64,000 bases of DNA from Octopus vulgaris (Eukaryota): contig OX597818.1 in the NCBI GenBank assembly GCA_951406725.2, positions 25,730,001 to 25,794,000 of the forward strand, read 5' to 3'. Below the pieces are notes generated by a model. It searched no databases. It was not told where the DNA came from and saw nothing but the letters and a program-made list of their open reading frames with translations. Below are positions 14,334 to 27,117 of this stretch, piece by piece. Both the position numbers and the translations under genes were made by a program. Numbering within the stretch: the first letter of the stretch is position 1; each line of letters starts with the position of its first letter.

Positions 14334-15219
14334 TAGCATTATTTTAAATATAAGTGCTTAGTAAATCTTTAATTACATATGTAGTATGCCTTTTAATATA
14401 TTTTAATCACCACTATTTAGTGTGTCATTAATGTGTGTGTATCTGTGAGTGTGTAAGTATAGTGATGTTGGCCTGTAGAGGGTGTTGGTATTAATGTGTG
14501 GTTATGTGAAAGTATTTAGTGACATCTCTTGTAGATTTTTAGTTCAAATCTCACTTAGGTTTACTCTGCATTTTCTTCCACTAGTGGACAATAAGTAAAA
14601 TACCAATAATATACACGTTCAGTAGAATGGTAGCAAAAGGTTAGAAGCCAATATTATAGAATCAATGATATTCTAAAACAATATCTGAAGTTGCATCTGC
14701 TATATGTTGAATTTCAAGGGAGTGACATAGAATATACAATTTAATACTGATGTATGTTTAAGATGTATATGTAATACTGATGTATGTTTTTAAGAGTTAT
14801 ATGAAGAGCTTATATTTTACAATGTTTTTCTTTTGTTTTTTATGTATATTTTTCAAAAACATTGTTTTTAAATAATTTGTGTAACTAATTTTCTATTATA
14901 AACAGGATGACTTTGAAATTTTAACATTTTCATTTTCCCTGAAATAAATCTTTTAACATTTAGATGCCCTTTCTATTGATGACCTACTTAACAGTGTCCA
15001 TATATACTCATACACACAGCATACACACGCCCACAAATACACACAAAAGATGTAAGCACTTATACATAACATAAGGTTATAGGAAAATGAATATATAGAT
15101 TTGTATGTATATGCATGCATGTGTGAGTTCATGTCTATAAACTTTACATTGTTTATGTAAATAAGAACAAGAAGGTTAATGCCTCCAGAATCCATAACTG
15201 AATTTTGTCTATATATAAA

Positions 15220-16030
15220 TCAGGGTTTTGCAACATTATTTTATTCACTAAGCTTTACTTGTTTACACTTTTATTGCCTTCAAAGTATTCTCCATTTGAA
15301 GCAATGCATCAGTCCAGACACATTTTCCACTGTTTGAAGCAGTCCTGTAACTCTTGCAAAGTGATGCCCTTTAATGCCTCCATCGTTTTATTCTTCACCT
15401 CTTCTACATCTGCAAAACGTTTTTCTTTAAAGACTTTTTCGTTCGGGGGTGGGGGGAGCAAAAAAAAAGTCATAGGGAGCAATATCAGGTGAAAGGGGAG
15501 GGTAGGTAAGCAGAGTAATGCCATTTTTGGTCAAGAACTGTCTCACACTCAAGGCGGTGTGCACAGGTACATTGTCATGATGAAACCACCATTCGCCACA
15601 GGTCGGGATGTTTTCATCTCATCACATCTCGCAAACACTTCAGAGATGCCAAGTAAAATGTCTTGTTAACAGGTTGACCAGGAAGAACTAATTCTGTGCA
15701 GACAATACCTTTTGCATCGTTGTCTTGACATTGGGCTTCAGTTGATGTGCTTTTTTGGGGCATGGTGACATTGAATGCTTCCACAGACTTGATTGCTGCT
15801 TCATTTCTGTGTTGTAGCCATAGCAGCAACTTTCATCTCCAGTGATGACCTTTGAAAATAGTCCAAACCAACTTCCAACTGTTCTTTCAGTTCAGGACAC
15901 ATATTCAGTCATGATTGTTTTTGATCTTCCGTGAGCAAGCAAGGCACAAATTTTGCTGCAACTCTTTTCATCTGCAGTTCCTCATTTAAAATTCATTGGC
16001 AGGAGCTCCAGGACATACCAGTCATATCAA
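15220..16030 (-). mobile_element. Decayed mariner fragment, second family
   Basis: KEKRFADVEEVKNKTMEALKGI...QDCFKQWK transposase C-terminus. Confidence 0.75.
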
Positions 16031-16099
16031 TAGGTAAGATAAATAATAACAACGATAGAAATGATAATGATAATAGTAATAATAATGTTAATAACATAG

Positions 16100-16360
16100 A
16101 TTAACCTCTCCACAGACAGTATTACTTCCTCCATTCCTGAGAAAAATCCCCACTATGTCATGTAACTGTCACTATGTCATGTAACTGCCACCCTGGGACC
16201 ATTTGCCCTCTACAAACCTATTGCAGAAGGTCTAACATAATTTACAAATGCACCATTCTCAGCATGCTACACAACTCTACAACCATATATATAGGGTCAT
16301 CTATAAATTTTAAGCAGAGATATGCCACACATCTCAATTCTTGTACATATGAGAAACACA
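16100..16360 (+). mobile_element. Penelope-like GIY-YIG endonuclease fragment
   Basis: CNC..CPL..C..IIYKC...YIG..FKQRY..H (Cys-rich linker plus GIY-YIG motif). Confidence 0.75.
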
Positions 16361-16469
16361 GTAAATACATACACACACACTCACACACAAACACTTACAC
16401 ATCTACACACACATGTATATCAATCATCGTCGTCAATATTATTCATCATGATAAATAATAGTAGTAATA

Positions 16470-16684
16470 ATAGTTTCAAATTTTGGCACATGGCCAGCAA
16501 TTTTAAGGGAATGGGTAACTCAATTACATGGATTCCAATGTTCAACTGGCACTATTTTATTGACTATGAAAGGATGAAAGACAAAGTTGACTTTGCTACT
16601 ATTTGAACTCAGACTATAAAGATGAATGAAATGCTGTTAAACATTTCAACTGGCCTGCTAACAATTTCGCCAGTTTACCACCTT
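16470..16684 (-). mobile_element. SINE family B
   Basis: Reverse complement of 25201-25416. Confidence 0.75.
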
Positions 16685-16711
16685 AATAATAATAATAATA
16701 ATAACAATAAC

Positions 16712-16763
<52 letters not shown>

Positions 16764-16764
<1 letters not shown>

Positions 16765-18826
16765 AGCTCATATGGCTGTAAAGATCAACTAATGATTAAT
16801 AAAGCCATTACTGAAGACAGCCACAGAAAGAAGAAAGGCCTCAGTATGGCCTGGATTGACTACAAAAAGGTGTTTGATAGCATCCCCAACACATGGATCC
16901 TCGAAACACTAGCCATTAACAAAGTAGCACCAACAATCATAAAATTCATAGAGCACTCTATGAATAAATGGCAAACAGTCCTACGCCTCCAAACAAAAGA
17001 GGGACTCATGAAAACCAAAGACATCCCCATTAGAAGAGGAATATTCCAGGGAGATACGCTCTCTCCACTCCTTTTCTGCTTGGCACTGTCACCTCTATCT
17101 GATATGCTAAATAGAACTGGATGCGGATATAAATGTTACGGCAAAACGATCAGCCACCTTTTATATATGGATGACCTAAAACTATACGCTGCAAATGACA
17201 AACAGCTGGAAACACTATTAAAGACAGTTCATGGATTTACCAAAGAAATAGATATGAAATTTGGATTAGAAAAATGCGCCAAAGTAACCATGAAAAGAGG
17301 AAAACTAGTTAAGAGTAACAACATCACACTAGATGAAGCAAATGAAATAAAAGAATTAGACCAAAGCCAAACTTACAAATACTTAGGAATCCATGAACTA
17401 GATAAGACACAACACACACAAATGAAAGAGAAAATAAAAAAAGAATATTATAGACGAGTTAGATCAATACTAAAAACAGAGCTCAATGCTAAAAACAAGA
17501 TAATAGGTATCAACACTTTAGCTGTCCCAGTTATAAGTTACAGCTACAATATCCTTAACTGGACACGAAATGAACTGACCAAAATAGACAGGAAAACAAG
17601 AAAAATAATGACAGGATCTAGGATGCATCACCCAAAATCTGACATAGAAAGACTATATATACAACGTATAGAAGGTGGTAGAGGCCTTATACAGCTGGAA
17701 AACTACTATAAAATAACCACCATAGGACTGCAAAAATATCTACTTCAGAAGGAAGGAAAACTGATCCAGATAGCGGCAAAACACGAGCAAAACAAAAAAC
17801 TGTTCTCAGTATTTAAGGAAGCTGACAAATACAAACAAGAAATCATACCACCTAATAAACATGAAGAAGAAGAAGAAGAAGATGAAGAAACAACAAAAGC
17901 TATAAAAAAAATGAAATCCAAACTAAAAATAGAACAGCAACGAACCATGATAAAACGATGGCAAGAAAAGCCCCTTCATGGTAAATACTGGACTAAACTA
18001 AACGCAAAAGAAATAGACAAAGAAAAATCCCAGCAATGGTTGAGAAGCTCAGGACTCAAAGCAGAAACAGAGGGATTTTTAATTGCAGCACAAGACCAAA
18101 GCCTCCCCACCAGAAATTACCAAAAACATGTAATGAAAAGAAATATTACAAGTAACTGCAGAATATGTGGAGATGGACAAGAAACAATAAATCATATTAT
18201 CTCTAGCTGCCCAGTCCTGGCTAAGAAGGAATATATTCACAGACATGACAGAGTTGGAACTTACATACATTGGAAGCTATGCCAACATTATGGAATAACA
18301 ACAGAAAAAAGATGGTATAGGCACACACCAGAAAAGGTCACAGAAAACGAGAAAGCAACCATACTCTGGGATATGCCGATACACACAGATAGAGAAATTA
18401 AGGCCAACAGACCAGATATAGTTGTCAGAGACCATGAAGAAAAACAATGCTTTCTAATTGATGTATCAGTACCGGCAGATGACAACGTGTCTCTAAAAGA
18501 AATGGAGAAACTCTCAAAATACAAAGACCTGGAAATAGAGGTAACTAGAATGTGGAATCTGAAAACAGAAACAATTCCTATCATAGTAGGTGCATTAGGC
18601 ATGATAAAAAAATATTCAGACAAATACATAACAAAAACACCAGGACTTACAAACACATATAACATACAGAAAATTGCACTACTAGGCACTGCACACATCC
18701 TACGCAGAACACTTTCCATACAATAACCATCAGAGCATCACAACAAATCACAGCACATACCCAAGGCACACAGAGCTGCGCTCGGTAGTGAAGTGAAAGC
18801 ACGCTATAAAAATAAAAATAAAACTA

Positions 18827-18830
<4 letters not shown>
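16764..18830 (+). mobile_element. 5'-truncated R4/Dong-clade non-LTR retrotransposon in a (TAA)n microsatellite
   Basis: (AAT)n on both flanks (16685-16763 and 18831-18880); RT plus REL ORF; ~100-bp 3' UTR. Confidence 0.92.
16792..18726 (+). CDS. Reverse transcriptase plus restriction-enzyme-like endonuclease (N-terminally truncated, uninterrupted)
   Basis: DYKKVFDS, GIFQGDTLSP, YMDD, YKYLG; CRIC...HIISSC knuckle; RHD, RPDIV..IDV..K..KY REL motifs; frame continues upstream (GCKDQL) to the truncation point. Confidence 0.92.
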   Translation: MINKAITEDSHRKKKGLSMAWIDYKKVFDSIPNTWILETLAINKVAPTIIKFIEHSMNKWQTVLRLQTKEGLMKTKDIPIRRGIFQGDTLSPLLFCLALSPLSDMLNRTGCGYKCYGKTISHLLYMDDLKLYAANDKQLETLLKTVHGFTKEIDMKFGLEKCAKVTMKRGKLVKSNNITLDEANEIKELDQSQTYKYLGIHELDKTQHTQMKEKIKKEYYRRVRSILKTELNAKNKIIGINTLAVPVISYSYNILNWTRNELTKIDRKTRKIMTGSRMHHPKSDIERLYIQRIEGGRGLIQLENYYKITTIGLQKYLLQKEGKLIQIAAKHEQNKKLFSVFKEADKYKQEIIPPNKHEEEEEEDEETTKAIKKMKSKLKIEQQRTMIKRWQEKPLHGKYWTKLNAKEIDKEKSQQWLRSSGLKAETEGFLIAAQDQSLPTRNYQKHVMKRNITSNCRICGDGQETINHIISSCPVLAKKEYIHRHDRVGTYIHWKLCQHYGITTEKRWYRHTPEKVTENEKATILWDMPIHTDREIKANRPDIVVRDHEEKQCFLIDVSVPADDNVSLKEMEKLSKYKDLEIEVTRMWNLKTETIPIIVGALGMIKKYSDKYITKTPGLTNTYNIQKIALLGTAHILRRTLSIQ

Positions 18831-18864
<34 letters not shown>

Positions 18865-18895
18865 TAATAATAATAATTATAATGATGATGATGAT

Positions 18896-19441
18896 GTAGT
18901 ACCAGGCAGTGACTTTCGTGGCTTCTGATCTCAACTGATTTGAAGTATTATCATGTACATTGTTTTGTCTTGGTATAAAAGATGGGCTACAGCAAATATT
19001 CTGCTCAATACCACAGATTTGCTTGTCAGTTGTTTGACCATAACCAGTTGACCATGTCCCTTAGTGGCTGACGATATGTGCATCTCTGATCACGAGCAGA
19101 AGTAGTGGGGGAACATCATAGCCATGTGTTGAGAGGGATTCTTTGGGGTTTGAATAATTCACCTCTGGAAACATGGGTGTTTTGTTCAACATCCTTAAAC
19201 AATCATTATTCAGGGACCTTTTAAGCAGCATGGATTACTCGACCAGAAGAAAATTCTAACTGGGCCCCACCTGCAAGGTCATGTGCTGTTTATCTTGATA
19301 TGAGATCACCATGTCACGCACATATGGTTGTGATGCATGTGCCTGGTGTACCCTTATCAGATGGATAGTCATGATGAATATACTGGGCTTCGTATATTTT
19401 CCCCCAGTGTCACTTTGATGGCATGCACTACTCTCTCACTC
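18896..19441. mobile_element. Unclassified non-coding element bounded by (AAT/GAT)n repeats
   Basis: Sharp-edged, more GC-rich 545-bp block inside the trinucleotide tract; no ORF. Confidence 0.45.
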
Positions 19442-19454
19442 AATAATAATAATA

Positions 19455-19790
19455 ATCCTTTCTACTATAGGCACTATTCCAGTAATTCAAGGTAAGTTAG
19501 ATACATCAACCCTTGTACTTAACTGGTACTTATTTTATTGAATCTGAAAGAATGAAAGGCAAAGTGGATCACAGTGGAATTTGAACTCAGCTTAATAATC
19601 ATAATGTTAATAATCCTTTTTACTATTGGTACAAGACCTGAAATTTTGGTGTGGGGTCTAGTTAATTACATTGACTGCAATAATCAAGTGGTACTTATTT
19701 CAACAACCCTGAGAGGATGAAAGGCAAAGTTGACCTCAGTAATATTTGAAACTCAGAACTTTAAGATGGATGAAATACTGCAAAGCATTT
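19455..19790 (-). mobile_element. Two partial SINE family B copies
   Basis: GGATGAAAGGCAAAG...TTTGAACTCAG core shared with 16470. Confidence 0.65.
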
Positions 19791-19829
19791 TGTATGAATT
19801 TGGTAGTTGGCATCTGAAAGGAGCTCATT

Positions 19830-19895
19830 GTATATACATATATATATATGAGTATGTGTGTATGTGTTTGTGTGTGTGAGTGTGTGCATGTGTGT

Positions 19896-19932
<37 letters not shown>

Positions 19933-20015
19933 TGTCTATGTGTGTGTGTTTATGTGTGTGTGTTTATGTTTAATTACTGAAATGAGTAAAAAGATAAAAA
20001 GATATCCATATCCAC

Positions 20016-20088
<73 letters not shown>

Positions 20089-20121
20089 CATCTATCCATC
20101 CATCCATCCATCCATCCATCC

Positions 20122-20214
<93 letters not shown>

Positions 20215-20628
20215 ATCATACATACATACATACATACATACATACATACACATGTATGGGTGTATGTAAACGCACACACACATTTTTATATAGCAAAGTC
20301 TGCTGGCATTATTTTAATGGCTATGTATTGAGTGATGGCTGGTTCTGATTTTGATATAGTTTATATCGATATATTCCGTGATACATGTATATCAACGTGT
20401 ATTGGATTTCATTTTCAAGAAATTCATTCTGTTTTTGTAATTATATAAAGATATCTTATAACTATCTTATATTTCAGCTGTTTTGTACTTAAGTTGTTTA
20501 TCTTTGTGTATGGAGAAAGAAGGAGTTCATGTGTGTGTGTATATATATGTGTATATGTATGTATACATATATATATATACGTTTAAATATTTGTTGGCTA
20601 AACTGGCAAAATGACCATTCCGAAATAT

Positions 20629-20706
<78 letters not shown>

Positions 20707-20715
20707 ATATATATG

Positions 20716-20765
<50 letters not shown>
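19830..20765. repeat. (TG)n, (CTAT)n, (CCAT)n, (CATA)n and (TA)n microsatellite cluster
   Basis: Seen directly. Confidence 0.95.
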
Positions 20766-20769
<4 letters not shown>

Positions 20770-20990
20770 GAATAATATAATGCATCTAATATTATTAATA
20801 GTAATTGAGTATTATGTATGCTTATAAATGTAAATATGTATGTACATTTAAGTGTATATATAAGTATTTATGTTTATTTATATATGTATGCATATGTATA
20901 TGTTTATGTATAAGTATTTAAATGTGTGTGTATTTTTTAAATTTATTTTATATTTATATTTATTTATAACTTAACCTTATGTACTTTATA

Positions 20991-21116
20991 AAATCTCTGA
21001 CAAAGCCTAGAGAAACACCCAAGTACCTCAATTTCATCTACTTATTAATTCAGTCTACTGGAGGAATAAAGGTAGAATGAGGTATTTTTGCCTCCTGGCT
21101 GAAACAGCTGTAATTT
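20991..21116 (+). ncRNA. Hammerhead-like motif with long stem II (PLE terminal-repeat remnant)
   Basis: CTGACAA-AGCC...GGCT-GAAAC-AGCT-GTA with palindromic ACAGCTGT. Confidence 0.5.
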
Positions 21117-21362
21117 ATATTCCTGCATGCTATATTTTAATAATTACTGGTATCTTTATATATTAATATATTTTATGTGTAAAGCATAGTATGTTATACA
21201 TGTATGTATATTCTTGTAATTGTCATTTTAGTAAATAAATAAATAAGTTGACATAATATATCTAAAAGTTGATGAACCACCTATTGATCCCTTTCATTTT
21301 CTTATTGCTCTCTCTATATAAATATATATATATGTGTGTGTGTGTGTGTATATATATATGTA

Positions 21363-21426
<64 letters not shown>

Positions 21427-21436
21427 TGAATATGTA

Positions 21437-22624
21437 CACAGGCATGACAATGGTAAATAGACAACCTTATAATCGCTAATTTTTATTTAAATCTGAAATT
21501 ACATGTCCAAATTATTTATTAATTGTTATAATGTGAATATTTAATATTTAGTAGACATGCCCCTTGCATTTTTCAATGCAAGGACCCTATTAGGCATCTT
21601 AATGATCAGATGGCAAATATTCTCTTGAGGAATTTCTTGCTAAGTTTCATGCTGTAATATCAAAAGATCTGATTTTGAAGATGCTTCCCTGTTCTTTTTA
21701 TGAAGTATCCTGTCCATTATGCCCCAGAGGTGTTCAATAGGGTTCATATCTGATGACTGGCTTGGCTATGGAAGCTTTTTAATGCCATTCTCATTCAACA
21801 AATCTTGGGTCATTTTAGCCATGTGACAAGGAGCCTCACCTTCCATAAATAGTCTTCTTTAATCATTTCACCACTGGAAAAGATTGGAAGGAATACTTTC
21901 TGCAATGTGGACAAATATTTATCTGAGTTTATGTTCCCCTCTCACTCCACTAGCTCTGATTGACCATTGCTCCAAATTGCTCCCCATACCATCACAGAAT
22001 AGCTGCCATGTTTCATTGTTGGCTGCAATCTTTTCATTTCAAATTCTTGATCACAGAGTCTCCAGACCCACACTTGACCACTATCAGGAAATACAGCAAA
22101 TCTAAACTCACTGGAGAATATGACAGTGTCCCAAAGTGCTAGTGGCCTCTCCACTATCTCACTGGCTCAATTTTTAAATTTTTTCTCTGCTAGATATTGG
22201 CTTGTCAAAGAAGCAGCTTCCTTCTTGCTGCTCTGCCGTAGTAACCAAGTCTGTGGAGATAACTGACAGCTGTTTTGGGACTGACATCAATGTGTTCTGC
22301 TTTGTTAGAGGTCTTGCAATGAGGATTATCCCCCATACTTCTCTTAACAAAGAGAAGGGTACTGTCAGAGAGCCCTGATCAACCTGGGTGAGGTAATGTA
22401 GACTCTTTCCCCTATCACTCTATTAACTGTAGAAAGTGGGGTCCCATGATTTTCTGCAATTTTGTGCATTCCAAGGCTTTTTTTGTACATGGCATGATTA
22501 AACAGTCACATATAGAACCTGAAACATAAAAACGTCAATTAAAAAAAGATGTAAGGCATTACAAGTAAGAATAAACACAAAATGAAGTTTTATGGGGTGT
22601 CTATTTATTTCAGTCGTGTCTGTG
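21437..22624 (-). mobile_element. Decayed Tc1 transposon
   Basis: Imperfect TIRs (CACAG.CA.GAC...TAAATAGACA), TA flanks; [19 protein letters not shown] motifs. Confidence 0.85.
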
Positions 22625-22659
22625 TATATACATACACACATACATATACACATCGACAT

Positions 22660-22785
22660 ATAGGGAGAGTTTACGAAAAAAACAAAAGACGAAGACAGGT
22701 GGTGTACAACACAAACAGATGCATTAGTATAACACTCAGGAATAGAAAAAGTCTTTTACGTTTCGAGCCTACGCTCTTCTACAGT
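22660..22785 (-). mobile_element. PLE terminal-repeat remnant with minimal hammerhead variant
   Basis: Minus strand CTGTAGA-AGAGC gtag GCTC-GAAAC-GTA; same family as 54500-54625. Confidence 0.55.
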
Positions 22786-23072
22786 CTTGGTAGGAAGGGT
22801 GGTAGGGCTGGTGGAAGACTGGGAGGGATGGGGTGGGGGATGTGTGACGGGGGTTTGGAGGGACAGGGAGGTTGGATTTGGGTGGGTGGAGCATATACTT
22901 GCACACACACACACACACGTATACTATATATATATATATATATATATACATATTAACACACACACACGTATACTATATATATATATACATATACACACAC
23001 ATATATTCACATATACATGTATGTATGTGTGTGCATGTGTACGTATTTATACACACACATATACATATGTAC

Positions 23073-23107
<35 letters not shown>

Positions 23108-23215
23108 TACATACATATATACATACATATGTACGTATATATGTATGTGTGTGTGTGTATATGTATGTAGGTATGTATGTATGTGAGTGTGTGTGTATGT
23201 ATGTATGTGTGTATG

Positions 23216-23246
<31 letters not shown>

Positions 23247-23612
23247 GAAAGATCAAGAGAGAAAAAGATTTGAATTAATATTTAGAATTCTAAAGAATGC
23301 AATTCAAAGACAGCAATGCAATAAATTGATCATTTACAAATAAAGGGACAAAACAGATGTCTTCAAAAATAAGAATGGGATAGAATAACTGTAAGAACAA
23401 CAACATAACAACAGCAACAACTGCAAAAGCAACAATAGCAACAAAAACAATGATAACCAACAGTTTAGTACTTGTTATAACATCCTTCAGAAGATGTCTG
23501 CTGATATAGGTTTGAATCAATTCTTTATTTATCACTGAAGAGAAAATTCTCAACTCTGTTTCTGAATTGAAGTATTCTATTGTCTACAATCATTTTAGGT
23601 TGAAGATGGTGC

Positions 23613-23626
23613 GTTACCATAGCAAC
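23613..23626. promoter_or_regulatory. RFX X-box motif
   Basis: GTTACCATAGCAAC matches GTNRCC-N(0-3)-RGYAAC and lies in non-repetitive-looking DNA. Confidence 0.4.
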
Positions 23627-24736
23627 TGTAAGAAAGTTGGAATATTTAAGTATTAATTCTTATTGATCTATCTTTTATTTTCCCCAGGAAATATAATGCT
23701 AAATTTGAAACATTTTTACATGTCACTTCTATTGTGACCTTTCGTGATTTTCCAACTGTAAAATGAATAATTGATAAACAAGCTTGAAAAATGACCCTGG
23801 TTCAATTCATTTTGGTTATTTATCTCCATTACCTGACAGTTTTACATGTGTTCCTGTCCAATTACTAATGGATAATCAGTAAATTATTCCAGGTTACTCA
23901 GTTTGTTTACTATCTTAAATATTTACATTCTCAAGCTGATGTAATACTTTACATTATCATAGCTTTTGGCATCTGATAAGTACTATTTAACAGTACCAGT
24001 TAAAAGGCATATGGAATGGGATCTTCTTTTCAAAGTAGAAAATTAGTTTATCGTTGTTGTTGAGTAATTTTGGTCAGCTTTTCATGAACAGATTTATAGC
24101 ATGAGAATAGCCAATGGAATATATAAGAACAACCTACAGGTCTTTCATATCTAACATGTGATAATACAATTTTGCTGTGAACTGTACTATTTAGTTTGTC
24201 ATATGTAGCAAGGATGGCACGTATGAATGAAGAAGCCACCCTGAGCATAATCCTATGAACCCAGAAAAATTTAAAACAGAGAGTTACTTACTTGCAAATA
24301 AATGTGTTAACATGTGACATTAATGACCGAGTTTACCGTGGTATTTTCCGTAGGCTTTTCTTTCCATGGATAAACCTTATCTGCTTCCCCCTTTACACTT
24401 TACATCATGACATTTCTGTGATACATGGTCCCTATTGATCGTCTTTTTCTTTTCTTTTTTCTTTTCCTTTTTTTCTTTTCTTTTTTTTCTTCTTTTCTAC
24501 GATCCCTTTGATCGAAAACCTACCCCACATTTTTTTTCTCCCCAAAAAGAAAAGCTCTACTTTGTAATTTGTCCCGTCTGTGTCCAGCCCTGTGTGGCTA
24601 ATAAAGAAAATATTTAGTTTGTCATATATTTTTGACCCCTGTGGTGAGGAATGCAAATATTGTTAATCAGATGGAAAATGAATTGCCTTTGGGATAAGGT
24701 ATCAAAATTTTACAAGTAATACTTCTAAATCTATCA

Positions 24737-25185
24737 AGGTGGTGAGTTGGCAGAATCGTTAGCATGCCAGGCAAAATGCTTAGCAGCATTTCATCCATCT
24801 CTATGCTCTGAGTTCAAATTCCACTGAGATTAACCCTTTTGATACCAACCCGGCTGAAACCGCCTCAGGCTCTGTAGTACAAATGTCTTGTTTTCAAAAG
24901 ATCTGAATTAAAATCTTCCACCAACCTTAGTCACAATTTATGTTCCTAATACTAGCTTAATGGTAACTAAGTTATTTTACTAAACTCTTTGTTATATTTA
25001 AAATTAATTGAAAGAAACACAGAGCATCTCTACAGAAATATGGTAACAAAAGGGTTAACTTTGCTTTTCATTCTTTTGGAGTTGATAAAATAAATATCAG
25101 TTGAGCAGTTGAGCATTGGGGTTGATGTAATTGATTTACCCACTCCCTTGAAATTGCTGGCCTTGTGCCAAAATTTGAAACCAAT
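24737..25185 (+). mobile_element. SINE family B interrupted by a TTAA MITE
   Basis: Collinear with 25201-25416 once 24834-25058 is removed. Confidence 0.8.
24834..25054. mobile_element. piggyBac-type TTAA MITE (221 bp), family 2
   Basis: TTAA TSD at 24830 and 25055; TIR CCCTTTTGATACCA vs CCCTTTTGTTACCA (13/14). Confidence 0.9.
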
Positions 25186-25200
25186 ACTACAAATTAAGTA

Positions 25201-25416
25201 AAGGTGGCAAGCTGGCAGAATTGTTAGCACACCAGGCAAAATGCTTAGTGGCATTTCACCCATTTCTACATTCTGAGTTCAATTTCCACTGAGATTGACT
25301 TTGCCTTTCATCCTTTTGGGGTTGATAAAATAAGTTCCACTTTAGCACTGGGGTCAATGTAATCAACTTACCTCATCCTCTGAAATTGCTAGCCTTGTGT
25401 CAAAGGTTGAAACCAA
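25201..25416 (+). mobile_element. SINE family B
   Basis: TGGCAGAATTG and GAGTTCAATTTCC pol III-like boxes; multiple copies in the window. Confidence 0.8.
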
Positions 25417-25621
25417 TATTTCTAAAGCTTTCATATATTTCTGATTGGTAGATGGCTTGAGTTACATAGCATTAAATGTCATGTGCATGGATACATTGGA
25501 ACACCAGCAGTAACAGATACAAAACGATAAATCACAAGCTGGTTGTTGAATAATTTATCCCTTTTATCATTCTGTTGCAAGGTATTCTCCTGAAATTTAT
25601 TGGTTAAGTAAATAATATGAC

Positions 25622-25778
25622 ACAGGCATGGCTGTGTGGTCAAGAAGTTTGTTTCCCAACAACATGGTTCTAGATTCAGCCCCACTGCATGGCACCTTGG
25701 GCAAGTGTCATCCACTTTAGCCTTAGGTCGACTAAAGCCTTGTGAATGGATTTGTTACATGGAAACTGAAAGAAGCAT
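25622..25778 (+). mobile_element. SINE family A, 5' half
   Basis: Homologous to 6897-7060. Confidence 0.75.
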
Positions 25779-26922
25779 GTTTGCTGTGTGTGTGTGTGCG
25801 TGCACATTGTGTGTGTGTGTGTGCGTGCACATTGTGTGTGTGTGTGCGTGCACATTGTGTGTGTGTGTGTGCGTGCACATGTGTATGCACTTGTATCTCT
25901 TTACTTTCCTCCTTCTGTCTCACCAGTCTTAGAGGTCCTGTAATGCATCATGGGCACTGCCTTCCCACCTAACTGAAAGAAATATGAAAATAATTGAATG
26001 CATCTTATCTGAAACAATTTCTAGTACCCATCAATTTTCACACTAATATAAAAAAATTGGGCCTATAGCCTGAAGGGATTCATCCTTAACTTCTGGTTGA
26101 AGAACTGTTTTGTCTGAGATTAAATTTTTCTATTGTCATGGTGTAGTGCTTAACACTCCTATGTCATGCAATGGTAATTTTTGTTTATATTTGATATGGA
26201 AATATCCAAGCATCTCGTAAAATATCAGAATTGATATTGAACAGTTCAAGACATTAAAACTATTATTGATGCCATAAGTATGTTTTGGAATTTTCTGAAC
26301 AGTTGAAAATATCCAAAGAAAGAAAATAATAATAACCATAAGGTCTACTCAATATTTAAATAACAACAACAACAACAACAATCAGCAGCAGCAGCAACAA
26401 CAACAGCAACAACAACGACAACAACAATAACAATCAGCAGCAGCAGCAACAACAACAGCAACAACAACAACAACAACAACAACAATAACAACAATAATAA
26501 TGTTGATGATGATGGTGATGATGATTTCAATGAAAATCTCTCTATTTTTTTTATAACTCCCACATTATTATATGAATAATATAAACAAAAGATAACAAAG
26601 AAACTAAACACATAAAAAGTTCAATGACATAATTTGGGATGGGAGACTTTCTTCTGTGTATTTGATTCTTTCTATTAAATTATACTGAAATTATTTGGTA
26701 AAATTACAAAAGTAAGGTGTGTAACACCAAACAAATAAATAAGACTTCTTACATTGTTTATTTGAAAAAAGTTCAATGGAAATTTCTATTGAAGGAAAAC
26801 TTCATTCTCAACTCCTTTTCAACTCTGTATTTTCTCCCTCTACAGAAAATTCCCCCTCTCTACAGCCTAAAACAGTTTTTCTTCTCCATAGCATTTCAGG
26901 ATTTGCTTGTTGATCACTTTAA

Positions 26923-27117
26923 CCTTTTAACATTTAAAACAATTATATCTGACCCAAGAAACCGTAACTTATCTCTCACACCTACTTTACAAGGTCATTC
27001 TAGAAATATACAGTCACATCATCAAAACCTCAAAGCTATGAGATAATGCATGACTAATTCAAAACAATATGAATAAATAAACATTACATTTGGCAGAGTA
27101 ATCTGAATGCAAAAAGG
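26923..27117. mobile_element. TTAA MITE family 1
   Basis: TTAA on both sides; homologous to 9607-9826. Confidence 0.7.
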
